Below are positions 47,128 to 56,825 of a DNA stretch of 64,000 nt, piece by piece. Positions within the stretch are counted from its first letter, which is position 1; the number at the start of each line of letters is the position of its first letter. The position numbers were made by a program, and so were the translations under genes. Source of the stretch: Acidobacteriota bacterium (GTDB lineage Bacteria; Acidobacteriota; UBA6911; RPQK01; JAJDTT01); contig OZ242374.1 in the NCBI GenBank assembly GCA_965209055.1, forward strand, positions 192,001-256,000, written 5' to 3'. Under the pieces are notes generated by a model. That model made no database searches and was not told the origin of the DNA. It was given only the letters and a program-made list of their open reading frames with translations.

Positions 47128-48011
47128 CAGGTTTTCCTCGCCTCCCTGTCGAGCGAACTCCACCCCAGCACGGCCAGCGCCAGCAGGCCGGCAGCGAAGA
47201 TGGAGACGCCCGCCACCGCCGCCCGGGCCGTATCCAGAGCCTTGAACTCCTGGTAGTAGAGCAGCAGGGGAAGCGTCGTGGTCTCACCCGCCGGTCCGCC
47301 GCCGGTCAGCAGGAAGGTGATGTCGAAGAGGGAAAAGTTGTAGATGCCCGAGAGCACCGCCGCCAGGGCGATGGAGGGCTTGAGATGGGGCAGGATCACA
47401 TGGGTGAACTGAGCCATCCGGCCGGCGCCGTCCACCCGGGCCGCTTCCATCAGTTCGGGCGGGAGCGATTGGAGAGCGGACAGAATGATGACGAAGACCA
47501 ACGGCAGACCCTTCCAGGCGTGGGCGATGGTCACGCTGGGCAGCGCCAGCGCCGGAGAACCCAGAAACGCGACGGGAGCCTCCAGCAGCCCGAGTCCGAG
47601 TCCCAACTGGTTGAAAAGCCCGTAGTTGGTGTTGGCCAACCACAGGAACGCGGCGGCCACGGCAATGGTGGGAACCGCCCACGGCAGCATCAGCGCCGTC
47701 CGGCAGAACCCGCGGGCCGGGATCGCCTGATTGAGCAGGAGCGCTGCCGGAATGGCGATTACGAGTTCCAGAAGAACCGACCCCACGCCGATGTAGAGGC
47801 TGTGCTTGAAGGCTTCAAAGAACGCGGGGTCCAGGATCCAACGGTAACCGGCGAGAGTCGGACCCGTACCTGCTTCGGGCGAGAGACTCCACCACACCGC
47901 CGTGACGAAGGGGAACACGACCCCCAGCGCCAGCAACAGCATGGCGGGAATCGTCAGAACCACCCCGGCGATCTGTACGTAGACGCTGTGCTTCAAGTTT
48001 GCAGCCCGCAT
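47127..48011 (-). CDS. Carbohydrate ABC permease
   Basis: LPWAVP, LQSLPPELMEAARVDGA, LTGGGP. Confidence 0.92.
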   Translation of the reverse strand: MRAANLKHSVYVQIAGVVLTIPAMLLLALGVVFPFVTAVWWSLSPEAGTGPTLAGYRWILDPAFFEAFKHSLYIGVGSVLLELVIAIPAALLLNQAIPARGFCRTALMLPWAVPTIAVAAAFLWLANTNYGLFNQLGLGLGLLEAPVAFLGSPALALPSVTIAHAWKGLPLVFVIILSALQSLPPELMEAARVDGAGRMAQFTHVILPHLKPSIALAAVLSGIYNFSLFDITFLLTGGGPAGETTTLPLLLYYQEFKALDTARAAVAGVSIFAAGLLALAVLGWSSLDREARKT

Positions 48012-48025
48012 CCGGGATCCGAAAC

Positions 48026-49342
48026 TCAGGCAAGTGCTTTCCGCAGCACCGAGTCGGCCCACTCCAGGACCTCCTCGGGACTCTGGTCGAAGACCACCAG
48101 CCGGTCTCCGATCTGTTTTTCGATATCGGTGGCGATCAGGACCCTGGAGTGCCGGGAAGGCCCGAAATACCCCGTGGAGACAATCCCGGTCTCCTGCGAG
48201 ATCCGGCCCACTTCCAGGTACTCTCTCACCGCCGCGATCCGGGGGTGATTCAGGTACCGGTCGGTCCAGGCGTCCTCGAGCATGGGAACCCATCCCACCA
48301 CGGTCCGGGTCAGAAACTCCTGGAAGTTTTCCGGCTCCAGGAGGAAACCGATCATGTCCTTGGCCAGTTCGGGTTGTTTCGACCGGGCCGGCAGCGCGAG
48401 CGCATTGAAATCGAGGGACGCCCCCCTGGCCCCGGGTTGGATGGGGTAGGCGAACGCCCCCTGACGGGTCAGGTCCTCGGGGCCGAAGTCGGCGGCGAAG
48501 CTGGTGGTCGTGAACATGTGGGCGACTCGGCCGTCCAGCATCAGCTCCCGGCTCTCCAGGTCGCCCTGGGCCATGGACCCGGGCGGGGAATATTTCCCCA
48601 GCTTCTTGTAGAAGGCCCATGCCCTCAGGGTTTCGGGCCGGTCCAAAGCCAGGTTGTCCTCGGCGTCGAAGAAGTAGGCGCCATGGGTCCACATGGCCGT
48701 CTTGAGATTGAAGGTGTCTGCGATGTACTGGTTCGTCAGCAGATAGCCGTAACGGCCGGGCGGATCGTGCAGGGCGGCGACGTTTTCCAGCAGCTCCTCG
48801 TGCGTCTCGGGGGGACGGAGTCCCTTCGCGGCGTAGAGGTCCTTTCGGCAGTAGACGAAGAACGGGAAGCCGACGAAGGGAACGGAGTAGTAGGTCCCGT
48901 CCACCCGGATTCCGTCCAGAACCTGCCGCGGATAGCGGTCCGGACCGATCCGGGACATGAGGTCGTTGAGAGGGCGGACCAGACCTTCGAGGCCGTAGGC
49001 GTAGAGGTTCTGATTGTAGGTCCAGAGGATGTCCGGGACGCTGGTCCCGGCGCGGTGCGCGGCCTTGAGCTTGACCGTGTCCTCATCGTAGGGGACCGTG
49101 AGTTGCTCCACCCGAAGCTGAGGATTGGCGGCCATGAAGGCGTCATGCCACCACCTCTCCGAGGCCAGCGCCGCGTCCCGGGTGTCCGGACTCCAGGTTC
49201 GGAGGGTGAGACGGTCCGGGTCGCCGTCGGGCGCACCGCCCGGTCCGCAACCGCCCACGAACGGGAACGCCGCCGGCGTTCCCGCGATCATGGCCCCTCG
49301 TCTGAGCAGTTCGCGCCGTGAAATTCGCAGGCTGGACCCCAT
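48026..49342 (-). CDS. ABC substrate-binding lipoprotein with Tat signal
   Basis: SRRELL twin-arginine motif, VGGC lipobox-like motif, first gene of the ABC operon. Confidence 0.85.
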   Translation of the reverse strand: MGSSLRISRRELLRRGAMIAGTPAAFPFVGGCGPGGAPDGDPDRLTLRTWSPDTRDAALASERWWHDAFMAANPQLRVEQLTVPYDEDTVKLKAAHRAGTSVPDILWTYNQNLYAYGLEGLVRPLNDLMSRIGPDRYPRQVLDGIRVDGTYYSVPFVGFPFFVYCRKDLYAAKGLRPPETHEELLENVAALHDPPGRYGYLLTNQYIADTFNLKTAMWTHGAYFFDAEDNLALDRPETLRAWAFYKKLGKYSPPGSMAQGDLESRELMLDGRVAHMFTTTSFAADFGPEDLTRQGAFAYPIQPGARGASLDFNALALPARSKQPELAKDMIGFLLEPENFQEFLTRTVVGWVPMLEDAWTDRYLNHPRIAAVREYLEVGRISQETGIVSTGYFGPSRHSRVLIATDIEKQIGDRLVVFDQSPEEVLEWADSVLRKALA

Positions 49343-49573
49343 TCCCGGTCCTCCAGTGAGGCGGGCCGTTTCTTGGTTCACCAGTATTGCAGATCGGAAT
49401 CCCCCAAGCCGGGAAATTGGAGCGAGGCCTACAGCCGCCGAACTCCCAGAGTACGACCGACCTCCCAATGGAGTGGCGGACAGCGGGCGCGGGCAACCGA
49501 AACACGGTCGTTTTCCCTTTTTCAGGCATTTTTCAGGCAGTGTTTACTGTCCACTGACAATTCCGGCCCAGAT

Positions 49574-49591
49574 TTTACTATTTATAGTAAA
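49574..49591. promoter_or_regulatory. Perfect 8-2-8 palindrome, candidate repressor operator
   Basis: TTTACTAT-TT-ATAGTAAA in the AT-rich gap between the divergent ABC operon and the RhaT-like gene. Confidence 0.55.
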
Positions 49592-49727
49592 TCACGTCGA
49601 TTCCTTTTTTTTCTTTCCTCCTTCCTCCATGTAGACTCCTAACCAATGGGACCGTCCGCATTGTGCGGCGGCGGTCGTAAGCCCAACCCCTCCCCCTCCC
49701 GGGCGAGTCTGAAAGCAGGTGTTTGAA

Positions 49728-50801
49728 ATGTTCGGTGACTCCGCCCATATCGTTTTCGGCATTGCCCTGATCTCTCTGGGCGCCTTCATTGACGGCGGGC
49801 TCGGACTGGGCCTGAAGTGGATTCGGGTCTGGCGATGGGAACACCTCTGGATGGTCTACTCCGTCATCTCCTTCTGCTTCATGCCCTGGATCCTGAGCTT
49901 CGTGACGGTCAACGATCTCATGGGCGTCCTGGCGGCGGCATCCGGACTCGATATCTTCCGGGTCTTCATCTTCGGTTTCGGTTTCGGTTTCGGAGCTGTT
50001 TTTTTCGGCCTCGCTCTGAAGATGGCGGGCATGGGTCTCAGTTACGCCATTGCCACCGGATTGGGGGCGGCGGTCGGATCCATATCCCCCCTGGTGCTGC
50101 TCCACCGGGAACAACTCTTCACCATGCAGGGACGGATCATCATGGGCGGGGTATTGGTGGCGGTGGTGGGAGTCGTGTTCTGTTCCTGGGCCGGCCACCT
50201 CAAGGACAAATCAGCGGCCCCGGCGGAGGCCGCCCCGGCGAGCGGAGAGGTCAAGCAGTGGCGGCTCGACATTCACGTCAAGTACGGCGTGATCGCCGCC
50301 GTTCTTTCGGGTCTCCTCAACCCCATGATCAATCTGAGTTTCGCCTATGGGGCTCCTCTGGCCGAGCTGGCCGAGCAGCGGGGCACGCTCCCCTTTCTGG
50401 CCCTCAACGTGATCTGGGCCATCGGGATGACGGCCGGCTCGCTGGTCAACGCCGCCTACTGCGCCTACGTCATCACCAAGAAGAAGACCTGGGGTCTGTT
50501 CCTGCCTCCCTCCCGGGACTACGTCATCGGCCTGGGCATGGGGTTGCTGGGACCCATGGGGCTGCTGCTCTACGGGGTCGGCACCTGGAAAATCGGCAAT
50601 CTGGGCGAAGTGATCGGATTCCCCATGCTCTCCTCTATGGGAATCCTGAGCGCCAATCTCTGGGGGGCGGTCAGCGGAGAATGGGCCGGCAGCGGCAGGA
50701 GACCGCTGGGGGTCATGGCCATTGCCGTCGTGATCCTGATCTCCGCGATGTTCATCCTGGGGTGGAGCGGCCACTTGGCCGAAGCCTGGGGCCGCCCTTA
50801 G
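49728..50801 (+). CDS. L-rhamnose/proton symporter (RhaT)-family transporter
   Basis: WRWEHLW, G.GLSYAIATG, ANLWG..SGEW; about 10 TM segments; alternative GTG start at 49719. Confidence 0.8.
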   Translation: MFGDSAHIVFGIALISLGAFIDGGLGLGLKWIRVWRWEHLWMVYSVISFCFMPWILSFVTVNDLMGVLAAASGLDIFRVFIFGFGFGFGAVFFGLALKMAGMGLSYAIATGLGAAVGSISPLVLLHREQLFTMQGRIIMGGVLVAVVGVVFCSWAGHLKDKSAAPAEAAPASGEVKQWRLDIHVKYGVIAAVLSGLLNPMINLSFAYGAPLAELAEQRGTLPFLALNVIWAIGMTAGSLVNAAYCAYVITKKKTWGLFLPPSRDYVIGLGMGLLGPMGLLLYGVGTWKIGNLGEVIGFPMLSSMGILSANLWGAVSGEWAGSGRRPLGVMAIAVVILISAMFILGWSGHLAEAWGRP

Positions 50802-51076
50802 CCCGCATTACTCACCAGGTCGCTACGCGTATTATGAAAAAGGACCTGTTTTTGAGCAATTTCGCGAATATTTCCAAGGTTTCTCCGGGACAGACAGCGC
50901 TGGGCGCGCGCTCGCTGGTCCTTTCACCCTCAGCGCGCACATGCTCCCTCAAACGTAGTCACCACTACGCTCTCGGTCGCGAGCACGCGGGGATGATGAA
51001 GAGTCGGCGGCTAGAAGCCGCCGCTCCGGCGAAAATCCTGCGCGATCGTCACGCCCCCTGGTGAGAAATGCGGGCT
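50800..51076. mobile_element. MITE-like 277-bp element
   Basis: Terminal inverted repeats AGCCCGCATTACTCACCAGG / CCTGGTGAGAAATGCGGGCT (19/20); internal hairpins and a REP; no clear target-site duplication. Confidence 0.6.
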
Positions 51077-51096
51077 TGAGTGGATGCGACAGGAGG

Positions 51097-52113
51097 CTAG
51101 ACGCCGCCCGACGCCAGCTTCCGTTCCAGGAAGAGTTCCTCCACTTCGCTGATGGGGTGTTCCAGGATCTCCCGCCGGCACTGGTTCAGGACCGGGCAGC
51201 CGGCCAACTGCTCCAGGTTCCAGTCGCGGACCAGCTCGCCGGCCTTGATCCGGGCCAGCATCTGCCGCATACGCTCCCGAACGTCTTCGGTGACCACGTC
51301 GCCGGTCTTGGTCAGCGCCAGGTAGGTGGCGGTGGGCGATCCGAAGGCGACCGCCTGGCCGAAGGGCATTCGGCAGATGGACTCGGTGAGGAATTGAATT
51401 TCATAGAAGGTCTCGCCGTAGGCCTTCTCGGCCGAAAAGCCTGCTTCCACCAGGACTTCGAAGGCGGTCAGGAGGTACTTGATCATGCCGCTCAGGCCCG
51501 CGGTTTCGGCGAAGAGATTGACGGCGACCTCGTCTCCGAAGGTGGTTTCGGTGGCCCCGAAGCGCAGGATGCCGATCCCCATGGAGACGGCCAGGGCCAG
51601 ATCGTGGGCCTGTCCCGTCACGTCCTGATAAACGCCGAAGTGACCGAAGATTCCCTGGCCCCGGGCGTAGCGCTCACGGACGATGGCGCCGACGCAGGTG
51701 GGAACGGACAGAATCACGTCCAGGAAGTCGGGCGGTGTGATAAGCCCGAAATGCACGGCGTATCCGCTGGCGAAGACCAGGGTGTGGTCCGGGGTCAGGT
51801 GCGGTCCGATATCGGTTTTGAAGACGGCAGGCTGCACCTCGTCAGGAATCAGCATCAGGATCACCCGGCCGCGCTGAACGGCGTCGGGGATGGGGACGAC
51901 TTCGAACCCGTCGCCCCGGGCCTGTTCCGCGAATCGGTCTTCGACGTTGCCGATGATGACGTCGAGACCCTGGTCCCTCATGTTCTGAGCCTGGGCGTGC
52001 CCCTGGCTACCGTAGCCGAGGACCGCGATCGGGAGGTCCTTGATCAGACCGAGATCGGCGTCCTCTTCGGTGTAGAAACGATCCCGTTTCAGCGTGCCTT
52101 TCGCTTCTGCCAT
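51097..52113 (-). CDS. ilvC: Ketol-acid reductoisomerase-like protein (divergent IlvC paralogue)
   Basis: DADL, VLGYGSQGHAQAQN, LIPDEVQ, LVEAG; several catalytic motifs substituted. Confidence 0.75.
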   Translation of the reverse strand: MAEAKGTLKRDRFYTEEDADLGLIKDLPIAVLGYGSQGHAQAQNMRDQGLDVIIGNVEDRFAEQARGDGFEVVPIPDAVQRGRVILMLIPDEVQPAVFKTDIGPHLTPDHTLVFASGYAVHFGLITPPDFLDVILSVPTCVGAIVRERYARGQGIFGHFGVYQDVTGQAHDLALAVSMGIGILRFGATETTFGDEVAVNLFAETAGLSGMIKYLLTAFEVLVEAGFSAEKAYGETFYEIQFLTESICRMPFGQAVAFGSPTATYLALTKTGDVVTEDVRERMRQMLARIKAGELVRDWNLEQLAGCPVLNQCRREILEHPISEVEELFLERKLASGGV

Positions 52114-52245
52114 TGTGCTAACCTTCCTGAACGAAATGGAATTGAGGAGTGACGAGCCGCGGTCATTCACGACCCCTGTTCGAAACCTTTTCCACATTAG
52201 ACGCCCGCCGGTGGGGGATGTCAATGTGAGCGCGGAGGGGCTGGA

Positions 52246-54486
52246 ATGAAGATCGTCGGCTACGGCGACCGGCTCAGCGTCCAGCAGGGCGAGACGGTCC
52301 GGTTCATGGTCAGTTGCCGGACGGACGCCTATCGGGCCGGGATCGTGCGCCTGATTCACGGCGACGACAACCCCAAGGGGCCGGGCGTCAAGTCCGAGCC
52401 GGTGGCGGCTCCGGCGAACGGCCGATACCCGGGCCGGGTCCAGCCGTTCCATCGCGGATCGTATCTCGTGGTCCCCGATCCGTCGGTCCTCGATTTTACC
52501 GGCGGGTTCACGTTTCAGGCCTGGATCCGTCCCACGATGCCGGAAAAAGCGGGGCAGGGGATCCTGACCCAGTGGTCCGAATCGGATCATGCCGGTTACG
52601 GCCTGTTCCTGGACGGGGACCGGGGTCTGAGCCTGTGGTTCGGCGACGGCGACGGCCGGGTGGAGAAGTTTCGGACCGGGACACCGCTGACGGCATCGCA
52701 ATGGTACTTCGTGGCGGCCACGTGGGATGCCGCGGAAAGGAGCGTTCGGCTGTACCAGGAACCTGTCACTACGTGGCCGCTGGACCGGTCGGGAGCGGTG
52801 GCGTCCGCTACCGCCGGGAGGGCAGGCATCGTTGCCCGTCCGTTCCCGCTCCTGATGGGCGCCTGCTGGAAACGGCCGGACGGATCACGGGCTCAGGTGG
52901 CCGGGCATTTCAACGGCAAGATCGACGGTCCCTGCCTCTACGGGCGGGCGCTGGAGTCCGCCGACGTCGAAGGCCTCAAAGGGGGAGCGGCGCCCGGCGA
53001 CGTGGATGAGGCCTTGCTGGCGGCATGGGATTTCTCACTCGGCCCGTCCGGACGAAAGGTCATCGACACGGGTCCGCACGGCCTGCACGGACAGACCGTT
53101 AACCTGCCGGCGAGAGCCGTGACCGGCCACAACTGGACCGGCAACGAGGTCGATTTCAAGGCGGCGCCCGGAGAGTACGGCGCCATCCACTTCCATGACG
53201 ACGATCTGGAAGATGCCGGGTGGGAGGTCGACTTCGAATTTGAGGTGCCTTCCGACCTCCGCAGCGGGGTCTACGCCGCCCGGCTGACCGCCTCGGACGC
53301 CGAGGACCACATCCCCTTCTTCGTCCGGCCCCGGCGAGGCACGGCCACCGCCGACATCGCCTTCCTGGCGCCCACCTTCAGCTATCTCGCCTACGCCAAC
53401 CAGAAGTTCAACAATCCGGATCGTATGGCAGTCAAGGGCCTGGCGCCCGGCTCGTCGCGGCCCCAGGACCAGTTCATCGTCAATGAACGGCTCCACAGCC
53501 TGTACGATCTGCATACCGACGGCAGTTGCGCCCATTACTCCTCGCGCCTCAAGCCCATCGTCAACATGAGGCCGGAGCACCGCCTGCCCCCGCTCTCGCT
53601 GGGCGCGGGTTCTCCCCATCAGCTCAGCGGAGACCTCCACCTGGTGGACTGGCTGGAGGCCAAGTCCTACCGCTATGACGTGATCACCGACGAGGATCTG
53701 CATCACGAAGGGGTCGAACTCCTCTCTCCCTACCGGGTGGTTCTCACCGGCAGCCACCCCGAATACTGGACCCGGCAGATGATCGCCGGTCTCCAGGCGT
53801 ATCAGGCCCGCGGCGGACGATTCATGTACCTGGGCGGAAACGGCTTCTACTGGGTGACGGCGGTCGATCCCGAACGGCCCCACGTCATCGAAGTGAGGCG
53901 CTGGGGCGGCAGCAGGAGCTGCGAGGCCGAACACGGACAGTACTACCACAGTACGACGGGTGAGCTGGGGGGCCTCTGGCGCTATCAGAATCGGGGACCG
54001 CAGAAGCTGGTGGGTGTGGGAATGACGTCGCAGGGAGCGGGATCGGGCCGTCCCTATCGGCGGCGGACCGGCAGTTTCGATCCCCGGGCCGCCTTCATCT
54101 TCGAGGGGATCGGCGAGGACGACCTGATCGGAGACTTCGAGTCATTGGCTTTCCGGTACGGCGCCGCCGGCTTCGAGCTGGATCGATTCGACCTCGCCCT
54201 GGGCAGTCCGGCCCACGCCCTGGTGCTGGCCTCCTCCTTCGGTCACTCGGATGGGTACGAGTGTGTGATGGAGGACCTCCAGAATCTGACCGGCCCCCTG
54301 TTCGGCGACAAGAGCCCGCTGATCCGGTCGGACATGGTCTATTTCGAAGGACCCCGGGGCGGAGCCGTCTTCTCGGTCGGTTCGATCGCCTGGTGCGGCA
54401 GTCTTTCCTACAACGGTTACGACAACGCGGTTTCGCGCATCACGGGCAACGTGCTGCGCCGGTTCGCCTCCGACGCGCCGCTGTGA
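52246..54486 (+). CDS. N,N-dimethylformamidase large-subunit family protein with LamG-like domain
   Basis: AIHFHDDDL, SGVYAARL, YLAYAN, SLYD, GSHPEYW, YLGGNGFYW, GAVFSVGSIAW. Confidence 0.9.
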   Translation: MKIVGYGDRLSVQQGETVRFMVSCRTDAYRAGIVRLIHGDDNPKGPGVKSEPVAAPANGRYPGRVQPFHRGSYLVVPDPSVLDFTGGFTFQAWIRPTMPEKAGQGILTQWSESDHAGYGLFLDGDRGLSLWFGDGDGRVEKFRTGTPLTASQWYFVAATWDAAERSVRLYQEPVTTWPLDRSGAVASATAGRAGIVARPFPLLMGACWKRPDGSRAQVAGHFNGKIDGPCLYGRALESADVEGLKGGAAPGDVDEALLAAWDFSLGPSGRKVIDTGPHGLHGQTVNLPARAVTGHNWTGNEVDFKAAPGEYGAIHFHDDDLEDAGWEVDFEFEVPSDLRSGVYAARLTASDAEDHIPFFVRPRRGTATADIAFLAPTFSYLAYANQKFNNPDRMAVKGLAPGSSRPQDQFIVNERLHSLYDLHTDGSCAHYSSRLKPIVNMRPEHRLPPLSLGAGSPHQLSGDLHLVDWLEAKSYRYDVITDEDLHHEGVELLSPYRVVLTGSHPEYWTRQMIAGLQAYQARGGRFMYLGGNGFYWVTAVDPERPHVIEVRRWGGSRSCEAEHGQYYHSTTGELGGLWRYQNRGPQKLVGVGMTSQGAGSGRPYRRRTGSFDPRAAFIFEGIGEDDLIGDFESLAFRYGAAGFELDRFDLALGSPAHALVLASSFGHSDGYECVMEDLQNLTGPLFGDKSPLIRSDMVYFEGPRGGAVFSVGSIAWCGSLSYNGYDNAVSRITGNVLRRFASDAPL

Positions 54487-54548
54487 GGGGTGGATTGAAC
54501 GAAAAAGTTCTGCGGGATCATCGCGCCTCCCGGTGAGGAACGTGGCTT

Positions 54549-55271
54549 ATGAGACTTTCAGGCAAACGGGCTGTGGTGACGGGTGGTTCGCGCGGAATCG
54601 GATTCGCCGTGGCGCGGGCTCTGGTTCACGCCGGTGCCGGGGTGATGATCTGTGCCCGGAACGGCGCAGCCGTCGAAACGGCCGTCGACGCCCTCCGGAG
54701 CAGCGGCGCGGGACCGGTCCTGGGACGGTCCTGTGACGTCAGGGACCCGGAGCAGGTCCGGGCGCTCATCCAATACTGCGTTTCCCGGATGGGCCGGATC
54801 GACATCCTGATCAACAACGCCGCCGCCGTGCGCGCCTTCAAGAGCGTGGAGGAGATGCCCGTAGAAGAGTGGCGGACCACCATCGGCACCAATCTGGACG
54901 GTGTCTTCTACGGCTGCCACTTCGCGGTCCCGGAAATGAAGAAGACCGGGGGCGGGTTCATCATCAACATCAGCAGCCTCGCCGGCAAGAATGCCTTCGC
55001 CGGAGGATCAGCCTACAACGCCTCCAAGTTCGGACTGACGGGACTGAGCGAAGCCCTGATGGAGGAGGTCCGGCACGACGACATCCGCGTCGCCTACATC
55101 ATGCCGGGCAGCGTCAACACCCGTTCGCGGTCATCGGGGGACGGGAGCGGAGACGCCTGGAAGATGGCTCCGGAGGACGTGGCGGAGGTCGTTGTCAGCA
55201 CCTTGACCCAACACCCGCGGTGTCTGGTGAGCCGGGTCGAGATGCGGCCGTCGAAACCCAGGAAGAAGTGA
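54549..55271 (+). CDS. SDR family oxidoreductase
   Basis: TGGSRGIG, NNA, NISS, YNASK. Confidence 0.92.
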   Translation: MRLSGKRAVVTGGSRGIGFAVARALVHAGAGVMICARNGAAVETAVDALRSSGAGPVLGRSCDVRDPEQVRALIQYCVSRMGRIDILINNAAAVRAFKSVEEMPVEEWRTTIGTNLDGVFYGCHFAVPEMKKTGGGFIINISSLAGKNAFAGGSAYNASKFGLTGLSEALMEEVRHDDIRVAYIMPGSVNTRSRSSGDGSGDAWKMAPEDVAEVVVSTLTQHPRCLVSRVEMRPSKPRKK

Positions 55272-55315
55272 TTCCGCCGCGGCCGGCGGCCTGCCGGCTC
55301 TCGCGACCAACCCGG

Positions 55316-56707
55316 TCAGGTCAGAAAGTCCTTCAGGGCATTCGTGTCGAGCGTCCGCGTCAGCCGGAAGACGCCGGCCGGACCGGCCGGGTAGCCCATG
55401 TAGACGAAGACATGCTGGACGCCGCGGCTGGAATCGATGATGGAGGCCCCCGGATGGAGTCCGTCGATCCGGCCCAGGACGTCGCAACGTGCGAAAAGCG
55501 CACAGTCGAATCGCCACCGAGAGCTTCCTGAAAAGAAATCCTCCGGTTCGATGCTCCAGATGTTCAGGGACATCTTCCCCGGATAGGGACGGTCCGGTCC
55601 GCTGCCGGCCCGCGCCGGAACCACGGCCTCGATCCTTTCCGTGACCGGATTGAAATCGATATCGAGCGTATCCTGGCGTCCCCGCCTGCCTGCAACGCGG
55701 ATACCGGAGTGCTTCGACTTGAGAGGATGCCAGCCGCTCTCCGACCAGAGTTGGGCGTAGACCGAGGTGCCCGTCCGAGCGTCGTAGGAGGCGGGATCGT
55801 AGCTGCGGCAGACGATGGCGAGCCGGTTTTCGTGGAGCAGTGCGACCGGCTCGGCCGGCCGGACGAAGGTGGGAAGGGATTGCGCCTCCTCGGCCCAGGT
55901 GCGTCCGCCGTCCCGGGAATAGCGGAAGTGGATCTTGTCGTCGATGCGGACACTTTTGCCGTCGGTGTCCGGTGGATGTGGCCCCTCATTGTACTGTTCG
56001 GTCACCAGGTTGGAGTGCCCCGCCACGACCAGTCCGTAGTCCGGGTGCTCGAACAGGCGCGGGCCGACATAAATCACTGGACCCGATGTGGTGTCCTCCC
56101 GCATCGCGCGGGAAAAATGCACCCAGGTCCTGCCCTGGTCGTCGCTACGAAATACCCCGTGGTCGCTCACCAGGACCACTCCGCCGTCGGACGCCGTCCC
56201 GATGGCATTCAGATGGATCTTGTAGCCCAGGGTCGGATCCTGGTCGCGGGCGAACTTGTAGCGGTGGGCCAGTGGAATGTGTCCTCCCCGGAAACGGTCT
56301 TCCCGGGTCATCACCTGGCGCAGGTCGAAGGGTTCGGTCCAGGTCTTCCCCTCATCCGTCGACCGCACCATCATGGTGTAGCTGTGCCGGTCGTCGGTGC
56401 GCTCCAGCCCCTTCCAATGGCCCGGAATCCGGCGGTGCACCACGATGATGGCGTCGCCTGCCCGGGTGGCCACCGGCCAACCGAAATGGTTGTTGAGGGC
56501 GCCGGGATCGGGAGGGAGACTGACGGGAGCGAGCTCCATCAATCCCCGCCTGCGGCCTTCCTCCAGTTGGGCCGATTGCCGGGGAGACATACAGAGCAGG
56601 TGCTCCACCGTCGATTCGCCGGCGGGGACCGAGCCGGCGCTCCGGATCGCGGAGCAACTCACCGTCCCTTGCGCTGCCAGCCGGAGAAACCGGCGCCGGG
56701 AAATCAT
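55316..56707 (-). CDS. Tat-exported sialidase-like Asp-box protein
   Basis: MISRRRFL; STDEGKTW, SDDQGRTW, SRDGGRTW. Confidence 0.75.
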   Translation of the reverse strand: MISRRRFLRLAAQGTVSCSAIRSAGSVPAGESTVEHLLCMSPRQSAQLEEGRRRGLMELAPVSLPPDPGALNNHFGWPVATRAGDAIIVVHRRIPGHWKGLERTDDRHSYTMMVRSTDEGKTWTEPFDLRQVMTREDRFRGGHIPLAHRYKFARDQDPTLGYKIHLNAIGTASDGGVVLVSDHGVFRSDDQGRTWVHFSRAMREDTTSGPVIYVGPRLFEHPDYGLVVAGHSNLVTEQYNEGPHPPDTDGKSVRIDDKIHFRYSRDGGRTWAEEAQSLPTFVRPAEPVALLHENRLAIVCRSYDPASYDARTGTSVYAQLWSESGWHPLKSKHSGIRVAGRRGRQDTLDIDFNPVTERIEAVVPARAGSGPDRPYPGKMSLNIWSIEPEDFFSGSSRWRFDCALFARCDVLGRIDGLHPGASIIDSSRGVQHVFVYMGYPAGPAGVFRLTRTLDTNALKDFLT

Positions 56708-56825
56708 GCGGGAACTCCTCTTGCGGGAAATGGCCAGTGGCCACGATAATGGAAGACAACAAGACCCACGGCAAGGCCTGCGCGTGGATTCCTGCATGCG
56801 CTCTTCCGGGCGGAAAGGTTGAATC

